59,483 bases of DNA from Bdellovibrionales bacterium (GTDB taxonomy: Bacteria > Bdellovibrionota > UBA1018 > CAIMNF01): assembly GCA_040379745.1 (NCBI GenBank), contig JBEIKL010000001.1:1-59483 (forward strand). The letters are read 5' to 3'. Positions within the stretch are counted from its first letter, which is position 1. Each line of letters opens with the position of its first letter. The notes below the pieces were generated by a model. It did not search any database. It saw only the letters and a program-made list of their open reading frames with translations, and had not been told where the DNA came from. The position numbers and the translations under genes were made by a program. This document shows, one piece after another, positions 26,679-34,872 of this stretch.

Positions 26679-27977
26679 ATGAAAAACATTAAGTTCATGC
26701 AAGTTCGAGATCCAAGTGGTGAAACCCGTGTGTTGAAGCTGGATTCATATCCCATCCAATTGGGCACCTTTCCCGGAAATGCCGAAGGTTTCCGTGACCC
26801 GCAGCTCAGTGCGAATGCGATGGTGGTCCAGGAGTGCGAAGGTGGAGGGCTCATTCTCAAGGCTGTTCAGGAAGGCCTGATGTTCGAAGTCGGCGATCTT
26901 CGCTTTCCCGCCCTTCAGATTCCCTTCGCTGTTCCGGTGAAAATGGGCGATTCAGAAGTCGTTTTCCATCATCAGGATCCGCGCAAGAATCCCATTCAGG
27001 ACCCGGTGATCGCCCAGAGCAAGTGGTACACCAAATCGGAAGTCGGTATCCGCATGCTCACGGATCTTCGCAAGTCGAGTGCGACCAAGCTCTCGGTTTA
27101 CCTTCATGGGCAGACCGGGACCGGGAAAGAGCTCCTTGCCCGCCAGATCCATGAGTGGTCCGATCGAGCCTCCGGACCGTACATCACCATCAATTGCGGA
27201 GCGTTGCCGGTATCGCTTGCGGAAAGCGAATTGTTCGGTCATGTGAAAGGAGCGTTCACCGGAGCATGTCGTGATCGTCCGGGTGCGCTTCTTCAGGCGC
27301 ATCACGGAACCCTTTTTCTGGATGAAGTCGGAGATCTGCCGGCTGAATTGCAGGTGAAACTGCTCCGTTTCCTGGAGAGTGGAGAGATCCGTCCGGTCGG
27401 ATCGGATCGGGTGGTTCATGCCGATGTGCGTGTGGTGTCTGCGACTCACAAGCCGCTGGACAAACTGGTAAATGAAGGAAGCTTCCGACAGGATCTTTAT
27501 TTCCGATTGGCTTCGATTCCGCTCGATATTCCTTCCTTGAATTCACGTCCTGAGGATATTCGCGCGCTTTCGGTGAAATTCGCCACGGAGGGCGGGAAAG
27601 TGCTTTCAGAGAATGCGCTGGATCGACTGGTTTCCCATCAGTGGGCCGGAAACGTGCGAGAGCTCCGCCATGCGATCGAGCGAGCCTGTGGTCTTGCAGG
27701 TCCGTTCGAAGAAGTCCTGCATGGAGAGAGTTTTGCATTCCTCGTTCACGGTGGCGATGGTTTGGTGGTGGCACAGACCGTGATCAAGGGACTTTGCACG
27801 CTTGAAGAAATGGAAAAGGTCATGCTCCTGCGCGCATTGAAGCTTACGAATGGAAATCGCACCACGGCGGCGAAGGTTCTTGGAATCGCGCGTAGTACGC
27901 TCTTTGATATGATGAAACGTCATCGGGTCGTGGGTCCCAGGTCAGCGGAATATCGATTCACAGAGGTAGCGGTCTAG
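26679..27977 (+). CDS. sigma-54-dependent transcriptional activator lacking a receiver domain; the N-terminal ~170 aa are possibly FHA-like
   Basis: I chose the ATG at 26679 because of the GAGGAG at 26668-26673. AAA+ motifs LHGQTGTGKELLARQIH and ESELFGHVKGAFTGA. C-terminal HTH TTAAKVLGIARSTLFDMMKRH. Confidence 0.85.
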   Translation: MKNIKFMQVRDPSGETRVLKLDSYPIQLGTFPGNAEGFRDPQLSANAMVVQECEGGGLILKAVQEGLMFEVGDLRFPALQIPFAVPVKMGDSEVVFHHQDPRKNPIQDPVIAQSKWYTKSEVGIRMLTDLRKSSATKLSVYLHGQTGTGKELLARQIHEWSDRASGPYITINCGALPVSLAESELFGHVKGAFTGACRDRPGALLQAHHGTLFLDEVGDLPAELQVKLLRFLESGEIRPVGSDRVVHADVRVVSATHKPLDKLVNEGSFRQDLYFRLASIPLDIPSLNSRPEDIRALSVKFATEGGKVLSENALDRLVSHQWAGNVRELRHAIERACGLAGPFEEVLHGESFAFLVHGGDGLVVAQTVIKGLCTLEEMEKVMLLRALKLTNGNRTTAAKVLGIARSTLFDMMKRHRVVGPRSAEYRFTEVAV

Positions 27978-28472
27978 ATTACCGTTCACATAATGGAAGG
28001 TCCCTTCACAGGGATTTCCACTGAGGATGTAAGGAAGAAAATGCCGATCCCCCGGCCAAAGATTCAACTGTAAGACATCCGGCGAAGGAATCCAGGAAAG
28101 GGTTCCTTCGTTTGTTTTTTGCAATACCTGTCCGACTTGTTCATCGCTCAGGGTGCAAGTGAAGACAGTGACCGACCAATCCTCATGCTTGTGTGGCTTG
28201 AAATCAGGGAAGTGCAGCTGTCCCATCCATTTCCACTGATCCGGAGAGGTGATGCATCCGGCTTCTTCCAGGAATTCGCGGACCGCGCATTCCCGCGGAC
28301 TTTCATTTTTTTCGAGTTTGCCGCCGAGTCCATTCCATTTTCCGAGATGGTCATCGTTCGGATTAGAATTCCGGTGGATCATCAGGGTTTTTCCGCCGTG
28401 AAATGCGTAGAGAAGGACCGCGGGAATCACTTTCTGTGTTCCGGCTTCGTAAGCGTTTTTTTCCGGACTCAT
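27942..28472 (-). CDS. NUDIX hydrolase
   Basis: Nudix box GLGGKLEKNESPRECAVREFLEEAG. Confidence 0.85.
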   Translation of the reverse strand: MSPEKNAYEAGTQKVIPAVLLYAFHGGKTLMIHRNSNPNDDHLGKWNGLGGKLEKNESPRECAVREFLEEAGCITSPDQWKWMGQLHFPDFKPHKHEDWSVTVFTCTLSDEQVGQVLQKTNEGTLSWIPSPDVLQLNLWPGDRHFLPYILSGNPCEGTFHYVNGNLDRYLCESIFR

Positions 28473-29104
28473 TCGACGCTCTGGCCTTCGATGCTCAGGT
28501 TGTTGAAGTTCACTTCCACCACCTTTCCGCCCAGATGGAGAGTGTTCAGCTGGTCTGCGATTTTCTGGCGGAGCAGTTTCTTCTGTTCCGCATTCTCATA
28601 AATTTCCGGTTTGGTCGCCGCAATCACCGGTATCAGGATGTCGTTCACCTGTTCCGGGTTTTCCTTGATGAAGTCACAGGCTTCCTTGGTCGTGCATTCA
28701 AAGGCGAGTTCCACTCGAAGGTCCTGTTCATTGGTCAGCACGACATGCAGGAGTGGCATCTCGAAACTGAAGAGCGCCGTTTCGCTGGCGGCTTCGACGA
28801 GTGGCGGGTGAGAGGCTTTTCTTTTTTTCAGGTAAAGCGCCGTCAAGAAACCGATGCAGATGATGGAAATCAGGGCGAAGAGTTTTGCATAAAGGAACAT
28901 TTTCCGGCTGATCGGATCCCCCTGCATTTCACCGGAAACAGAAGATTTTTTCTTTTTGTCGCGGGGCGCATCGGCAGCATTCTTCTCGTCCGCATTCGGG
29001 GGAGTGGCCTGATTTTCAGAGGATTCGGGAGCAGGGCCATCGGAAGGTGGCAGTTGGGTGCCGGATTCTACGGTTTCGGTTGCAGGTTCTGTAGTGGTTT
29101 CCAC
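28469..29104 (-). CDS. FliL-like single-pass membrane protein
   Basis: GTG start and an acidic/Pro-rich N-terminus. One TM (LFALISIICIGFLTALYL), then a FliL-like C-terminal domain ending in LGGKVVEVNFNNLSIEG. ATGA overlap with the NUDIX gene start. Confidence 0.4.
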   Translation of the reverse strand: METTTEPATETVESGTQLPPSDGPAPESSENQATPPNADEKNAADAPRDKKKKSSVSGEMQGDPISRKMFLYAKLFALISIICIGFLTALYLKKRKASHPPLVEAASETALFSFEMPLLHVVLTNEQDLRVELAFECTTKEACDFIKENPEQVNDILIPVIAATKPEIYENAEQKKLLRQKIADQLNTLHLGGKVVEVNFNNLSIEGQSVE

Positions 29105-29155
29105 TCAAATAGGATAGCACTATCAGCCTGGAATTGTGGTAATCTTTTTAAGCAC

Positions 29156-30175
29156 ATGGATACCTATTTTGATTTTGAAAAGCCAATTGTCACACTTGAA
29201 AAAAAGCTCCAGGAGCTGCGCGAAATCGAACAAACCGATGGCGTGGACTTCAAAGACGAGATCAAGACCCTTGAGAAAAAACTCCAGAAGCTGATTCAGG
29301 AAACCTATTCCAAACTGAGCACCTGGCAACGGGTTCAACTTTCCCGTCACCCCAGCCGTCCATACACGATGGATTATATCGAAAGCATCTTTCCCGATTT
29401 TCAGGAATTGCATGGCGATCGGAAGTACAGTGACGATGCGGCATTGATTTGCGGAACCGCGACTTGGACCCATCAGGGCAAGAAGATTCCGGTGATGCTC
29501 ATGGGACACCAAAAGGGACGTACCACCAAGCAGAAAGTGGAACGTAATTTCGGGATGGCCCGTCCAGACGGTTATCGCAAGGCGATCCGTATGTTTGAAA
29601 TGGCGGAACGTTTCCGCATGCCCGTCATCACGTTCATCGATACTCCGGGTGCTTATCCGGGAATGGATGCCGAAGAACGCGGCCAATCCGAGGCGATTGC
29701 CGAGAGTATTCGTGTCATGTTCTCGCTCACGGTTCCGACCTGTGCGGTCGTGATCGGTGAGGGCGGATCCGGTGGCGCGCTCGCGATCGGAATCGGCAAT
29801 GAAGTTCACATGCAGGAATTCTCCACGTATTCCGTCATCAGTCCTGAAAGCTGTGCTTCCATTCTCTGGAGTGATTCCACTCTCGCTGAACGTGCGGCGG
29901 AACGACTGAAGATCACTGCGAAGGATCTGGACCAGATGAAACTGGTGGATCAGATCATTCCGGAACCGAACGGTGGAGCGCACCGTGATCCTGCCTCGGC
30001 AATTCAGTCGATGAAGAAGACCCTCGAAAAATTCCTGGAGGCTTCGGTGAAAAAGAATTTCCTCGACCCTCAATCCAGGGAAAGCCGTGCCATTCAGATG
30101 TCCCGGATTGAGAAGTTCCGCAAGATGGGTGACTTCGCCATCACCAAAGTCACTGCCAAGGGAGATGCCCGATGA
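29156..30175 (+). CDS. accA: acetyl-CoA carboxylase carboxyltransferase alpha subunit
   Basis: Homology starts at MDTYFDFEKPI (ATG at 29156). Motifs ARPDGYRKAIRMFEMAERFRMPVITFIDTPGAYPG and IGEGGSGGALAIG. Confidence 0.93.
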   Translation: MDTYFDFEKPIVTLEKKLQELREIEQTDGVDFKDEIKTLEKKLQKLIQETYSKLSTWQRVQLSRHPSRPYTMDYIESIFPDFQELHGDRKYSDDAALICGTATWTHQGKKIPVMLMGHQKGRTTKQKVERNFGMARPDGYRKAIRMFEMAERFRMPVITFIDTPGAYPGMDAEERGQSEAIAESIRVMFSLTVPTCAVVIGEGGSGGALAIGIGNEVHMQEFSTYSVISPESCASILWSDSTLAERAAERLKITAKDLDQMKLVDQIIPEPNGGAHRDPASAIQSMKKTLEKFLEASVKKNFLDPQSRESRAIQMSRIEKFRKMGDFAITKVTAKGDAR

Positions 30176-31089
30176 TCTGTTCCATGACGGGATTTTCCAC
30201 TCGTGTTTTTTCGTACAACGGCGAGAATTACAAGATCGAGTTGAAAACGCTGAACCACCGGTTCCTCGAAATGAAATTCAGGATTCCGAAAGAGTGGTCG
30301 ACACTGGAAGCTCCCGTCAAGACTTTGCTGGAATCAAAACTGAAGAGGGGTTCGGTCGATGTTTGGATCGAACGCGCGAGCGAAACACGATCGAATTCCG
30401 CCGAATTCCGCATCAATTCCCAGCAAGCCGAAAAGGCATTCGACTTGTTGAAGGATCTCCAGAAGAAACTGAAACTTACCGATGCCATCACCATCCGTGA
30501 CATCCTCAATTTTCCGGATGTTCTCAGTAAGCCAACCGCGCCGCAATTGAGCGACGAGGCCCTGATCGAGTTGAAGCTGACCCTGATGGAAGAAATGAAT
30601 GGAGCACTGGAAGATCTGGTCCGTTCCCGCGCCACCGAGGGTGATAAGATCAAGAAATCGATCCTGACCGTGATCGAACAGTTCCGGAACACGCATTTGC
30701 GTTTCATGAATCTTCGGATCACCATGCAGCGCAAGTCTCAGGAACGGGTCCGTAAGAAAATCGAACAGTGTTTCGAGTCTTTCACCACAACCGATGCCCA
30801 GATGCGTGCCCTGATGGAAACACGCATTGCCCAGGAAATCGCGCTCATGCTCGACAAGCTGGACATCGAAGAGGAATTGAACCGTTACCGCGGTCATGTG
30901 GATGAGATTGAACATATTCTTTCCATCGGCGGACTGATCGGAAAAAAGCTGGATTTCATGTTCCAGGAGTTGAATCGCGAAATCAACACCCTCGGGAACA
31001 AGGCACAAGACCTTAACATCAGCCATGAAGTGATCGAGCTCAAGACCATGGTTGAGCAATTGCGTGAACAGAGCCTCAACGTCGAATGA
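30172..31089 (+). CDS. yicC: YicC-family stress-induced protein
   Basis: MTGFS N-terminus, helical middle region and a C-terminal ELKTMVEQLREQSLNVE block. ATGA coupling on both sides. Confidence 0.85.
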   Translation: MICSMTGFSTRVFSYNGENYKIELKTLNHRFLEMKFRIPKEWSTLEAPVKTLLESKLKRGSVDVWIERASETRSNSAEFRINSQQAEKAFDLLKDLQKKLKLTDAITIRDILNFPDVLSKPTAPQLSDEALIELKLTLMEEMNGALEDLVRSRATEGDKIKKSILTVIEQFRNTHLRFMNLRITMQRKSQERVRKKIEQCFESFTTTDAQMRALMETRIAQEIALMLDKLDIEEELNRYRGHVDEIEHILSIGGLIGKKLDFMFQELNREINTLGNKAQDLNISHEVIELKTMVEQLREQSLNVE

Positions 31090-31694
31090 CCAGTCAGCAG
31101 AAAATCAGCGACCAATTCGGCTTGATCGTTGTTTCCGCCCCGTCCGGAGCGGGGAAAAGCACGCTTTGTGGAGCGCTTTTGAAGAATCTCTCGTTGCGTC
31201 TCGCACTTTCCATTTCATCCACATCGCGTGCTCCCCGTGGCGCCGAAGTCGACGGCAAGGAGTACTTCTTCCTGAGTGCGGACCGTTTTCGGGAACAAAT
31301 CGATCAGGGAGTTTTTGTCGAGTGGGCGAATGTGCACGGAAATTACTACGGCACTTCCCGCGAGACACTAGACCGTTTCTGGTCGGGTGGCAGGCATGTG
31401 CTCCTCGATATCGATGTGCAAGGGGCCGACAGTCTTCGCCACTCGTTCGGTAAAAGAGCGTTCACCGTATTCATCGCTCCACCCAGCATGGAGATTCTCG
31501 AATCCCGACTGCGCGGTCGCGGAACCGATTCGGAAGAGGTCATTCGCAAGAGAATGGCCAATGCGGTCAGCGAGATGAAACAACAGGATCTTTTCGATCT
31601 CGTCATCGTGAATGATGATTTTGAAAGGGCGTATCAGGAACTGGAAGTTGCCGTGCGGTCCTTCATGGATCGTCTGGAGGGAAATCATGGCTAA
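31086..31694 (+). CDS. gmk: guanylate kinase
   Basis: P-loop VVSAPSGAGKSTL and STSRAPRGAEVDGKEYFF. Confidence 0.93.
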   Translation: MTSQQKISDQFGLIVVSAPSGAGKSTLCGALLKNLSLRLALSISSTSRAPRGAEVDGKEYFFLSADRFREQIDQGVFVEWANVHGNYYGTSRETLDRFWSGGRHVLLDIDVQGADSLRHSFGKRAFTVFIAPPSMEILESRLRGRGTDSEEVIRKRMANAVSEMKQQDLFDLVIVNDDFERAYQELEVAVRSFMDRLEGNHG

Positions 31695-33870
31695 GGCACC
31701 GGAAGCGACGATTGACGGAATCTGCAGGACGGTGCTTTCCTATTACCCGGATGCGAATATCGACCTGGTGAGGAAAGCCCACGATTTTGCGAACCGCGCG
31801 CACCAGGGACAGATGCGTTCCAGCGGTGATCCGTACATCATCCATCCCACCGAAGTGGCGATGATCCTCGCTGAATTACGGATGGATCTTGCTTCCATCT
31901 GTGCCGCGTTCCTGCACGATACGGTCGAGGACACTTCCGTCCGCATCGAGGATGTAGAGAAGGAATTCGGCAAGGACGTAGCCAATCTGGTCGAGGGTGT
32001 GACCAAACTTTCGAAAATGACTTTCCGTACTTCCGAGGAAAAACAGGCGGAGAATTTCCGCAAGATGATCATCGCCATGGCGAAAGACATCCGTGTGATC
32101 ATCGTGAAACTCTCGGACCGTCTCAGTAACATGCGTTCGCTCGAATTCCTGGCACCACACAAACAGAAGACCATTGCCCAGGAAACCCTCGACATTTATG
32201 CGCCCTTGGCGAACCGCCTCGGTATGAGCAAACTCAAGGTGGAGCTTGAGGACCTCTGTCTTCGCTTCATCCACCCCGATGTTTATTACAAATTGGCCGA
32301 GCTCATTTCCCGCAGCAAGAATGAGCGTGAGAAATACATCGAGGATGTCATTCACATCATCACCGAAAAACTGGGTGAATACGATGTGAAGGCTCAGGTG
32401 CTTGGTCGGGCAAAGCATTTCTATTCGATTTACAAGAAAATGGAGCGACGTCAGGTCGACTTCAGCGAGTTGCACGACATCATTGCCTTCCGGATCATCG
32501 TCGACAACATCACCGAGTGTTATAAGGCGCTCGGGGTGATCCACGCCGCATTCCGTCCGGTGCCTGGCCGATTCAAGGATTACATCGCCATGCAGAAGGC
32601 GAACCACTATCAGTCCCTGCATACCACGGTGATCGGCTTGGGTGGGGAACGAACGGAAATCCAGATCCGCACACAGGAGATGAACGTTGTTGCCGAGCGC
32701 GGGATCGCCGCCCACTGGAAGTACAAGGAAGGCAAGTTTGATACCCGTTCGCATGACAGTGTGGATTGGGTGAATCGACTTCTCGAGTGGCAGAAGGATC
32801 TTTCCGATCCGAACGAGTTTCTCGAAACCGTGAAAGTCGATCTCTTTTCCGAAGATGTATTCGTGTTCACGCCGTCGGGCGAAGTGAAAGAACTTCCCCA
32901 TGGCGCGACTCCGCTCGATTTCGCCTACGCGGTCCACACCGATGTGGGAAATCGTTGTACCGGCGCGAAAGTGAATGGCCGTATCGTTCCGCTCAAGCAC
33001 CGCTTGAAATCCGGGGACGCCGTCGAGATCATCACCTCACCGACTCAGACTCCTTCGAAGGACTGGCTCAAGATTGTCATTTCCTCCCGTGCAAAGGCGA
33101 AAATCCGCGCCTTCATCAAAGCGCGTGAGCGTGTGACCGCTCAGTTGCAAGGCAAGGAGATCCTCGATCGGATCATTCGTGAATACGATCTGACCTGGTC
33201 GAAGGTGGAAAAAACCGCACAGTTCGATCAGTTGAAGCGCGATCTGAAATTCAGCAATCTTGAGGAACTGCATGTGGCCATGGGGTACGGTCGCTTGACC
33301 GAAGACCAGATTGTTACCCGCATCGTCTCACGTGAAGAACTGGAAGCGAAGAAGGCAAGACTGAAGACCGCCGAGCAGGAAACGTTCCTCAAAAAAGCGA
33401 TCAAATCGGCGACAAAGAAAAGTGAAGCACGCAACGCCATCATCATCGAAGGCGTGGATGATGTGTTGGTCCGTTATGCCCGTTGCTGCAATCCGATTCC
33501 AGGCGAGAGCATCACCGGCTTCATCACCCGCGGGCGCGGAGTCACCATTCACCAGGCGAATTGTCCGCGTGCGCTCGACACCGATACGGAACGCAGGATC
33601 GATGTCGCATGGAACAAGACCCTGGTCAGTCCGGTCACCCGTAACGTTCGCATTCGTGTCCTGTCGAATGATGAACCGGGATTATTGGCTCTGATGTCAC
33701 AGTCGATCACGGGGGTGGGCGTGAACATCTCTTCTGCGAACATCCGCACGACGAAGGACAAGAAGGCGATCGCTGTCTTTGAAGTATCGGTCGGCAACAT
33801 GGAGCAACTCAATCGGGTGATCAGTGCTCTGGAATCGAAAAAAGGCGTGATTTCCGTCGAACGGAGTTGA
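31687..33870 (+). CDS. spoT: bifunctional (p)ppGpp synthetase/hydrolase, RelA/SpoT homologue
   Basis: I chose the ATG at 31687. HD hydrolase motifs HPTEVAMILAEL...FLHDTVEDT. Synthetase motifs DIIAFRIIV and YQSLHTTV. C-terminal TGS and ACT regions. Confidence 0.93.
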   Translation: MAKAPEATIDGICRTVLSYYPDANIDLVRKAHDFANRAHQGQMRSSGDPYIIHPTEVAMILAELRMDLASICAAFLHDTVEDTSVRIEDVEKEFGKDVANLVEGVTKLSKMTFRTSEEKQAENFRKMIIAMAKDIRVIIVKLSDRLSNMRSLEFLAPHKQKTIAQETLDIYAPLANRLGMSKLKVELEDLCLRFIHPDVYYKLAELISRSKNEREKYIEDVIHIITEKLGEYDVKAQVLGRAKHFYSIYKKMERRQVDFSELHDIIAFRIIVDNITECYKALGVIHAAFRPVPGRFKDYIAMQKANHYQSLHTTVIGLGGERTEIQIRTQEMNVVAERGIAAHWKYKEGKFDTRSHDSVDWVNRLLEWQKDLSDPNEFLETVKVDLFSEDVFVFTPSGEVKELPHGATPLDFAYAVHTDVGNRCTGAKVNGRIVPLKHRLKSGDAVEIITSPTQTPSKDWLKIVISSRAKAKIRAFIKARERVTAQLQGKEILDRIIREYDLTWSKVEKTAQFDQLKRDLKFSNLEELHVAMGYGRLTEDQIVTRIVSREELEAKKARLKTAEQETFLKKAIKSATKKSEARNAIIIEGVDDVLVRYARCCNPIPGESITGFITRGRGVTIHQANCPRALDTDTERRIDVAWNKTLVSPVTRNVRIRVLSNDEPGLLALMSQSITGVGVNISSANIRTTKDKKAIAVFEVSVGNMEQLNRVISALESKKGVISVERS

Positions 33871-33876
33871 GAGGCG

Positions 33877-34854
33877 ATGAAACGTTATACGATCAGATTG
33901 CCGAACTCGACTCCTCGGATCCGACTCGACGATTACCTGGTTTCCTGGCTTCCCTCGGCAACCGGCCTGGAACTGTCGAAGGCGAAGATTCGTCCGTTGA
34001 TCCTCTCCGGTTCCGTTTACGTGAATCGTCATCGCAACAAGATCCCTTCGAGTGAGATTTTCGCCGGAGCCGTGATCGAGGTGTATTTCGACGAGTCACG
34101 CATGAAGGCGGTGGAGACCAAATCGGTGGCGCAACCCATCGGCCTGACGGCGGCAAAAGTCCTATATGAGGATGAGTGGATCATCCTGGTGAACAAGGAC
34201 CCGGGAATTCCGACTCAACCCACGATTGATCCGAACCGTCCGAACCTGTTCGATCTGACCCGCAAATATCTTTCAAAAAAAGAGGGAAAAGCCGAACCTT
34301 ATCTCGGTCTTCATCATCGTTTGGATCGCGACACATCCGGTGTGGTTCTCTTCACCAAAAGCGAATCCGCAAACAAAGGGGTTGCCGACCTGTTCGCCGG
34401 TCATCGGATCCAAAAGACCTATCAGTGTCTGGTATGGCGGGCTCCCGCTTCAGAACATCGGGATACGCAGGACCGCTTCACCGTGAAGAACTTCTTGGGA
34501 AGGGTTTCAGCGAAGAACGAAACGGCGCGATTCGGAAGCGTGAATTCGAATGGTGATCCGGCTCACACCGATTTCCGCGTGCTCGAGGTCTTTCGTCAGT
34601 GTTATTGGCTGGAAGCGATGCCACGCACGGGGAGGACGCACCAGATCCGTGTGCATGTTTCAGGGGAAAATCTGCCGATTCTCGGTGACCCCTTGTATTT
34701 CCCGAAGAATGTTTTCGCCATGGTCAACGCGCCAAGATTGATGTTGCACGCTCATCGGCTTCAGTTTGATCATCCGGTAACGGGTCTTCCCATGAATGTG
34801 GAAGCTCCATTACCGGAAGATTTCCTGAAAGTATTGAGTTCGCTGAAAGCCTGA
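33877..34854 (+). CDS. RluA-family 23S rRNA pseudouridine synthase with an S4-like N-terminus
   Basis: HHRLDRDTSGVVLFTK catalytic Asp motif and GRTHQIRVH. Confidence 0.85.
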   Translation: MKRYTIRLPNSTPRIRLDDYLVSWLPSATGLELSKAKIRPLILSGSVYVNRHRNKIPSSEIFAGAVIEVYFDESRMKAVETKSVAQPIGLTAAKVLYEDEWIILVNKDPGIPTQPTIDPNRPNLFDLTRKYLSKKEGKAEPYLGLHHRLDRDTSGVVLFTKSESANKGVADLFAGHRIQKTYQCLVWRAPASEHRDTQDRFTVKNFLGRVSAKNETARFGSVNSNGDPAHTDFRVLEVFRQCYWLEAMPRTGRTHQIRVHVSGENLPILGDPLYFPKNVFAMVNAPRLMLHAHRLQFDHPVTGLPMNVEAPLPEDFLKVLSSLKA

Positions 34855-34872
34855 GAAACGATCAGTTGTTGA

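Noticed and set aside
29120-29127. A sigma-28-like -10 element (GCTGATAG, compared with GCCGATAA) upstream of the FliL-like gene.
   Set aside because: The TAAA -35 candidate is about 4 nt too far away, and the element sits only 16 nt from the GTG start. The match is too weak to call.
28403-29155. A 251-codon in-frame 5' extension of the accA ORF, which makes the ORF-track entry 590 aa.
   Set aside because: AccA similarity begins exactly at MDTYFDFEKPI (ATG at 29156). The extension is antisense to the FliL-like and NUDIX genes and has an odd R/F/G-rich composition. It is an open antisense frame, not coding sequence.
31876-33000. A 374-aa minus-strand ORF.
   Set aside because: It is entirely antisense to the well-supported spoT gene and has no motifs. 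Similar long shadow ORFs lie opposite other real genes: 1706-2455, 5871-6536, 29123-30073, 30334-31059, 36271-36927, 38180-38821 and 42901-43581. They are a codon-bias artefact.
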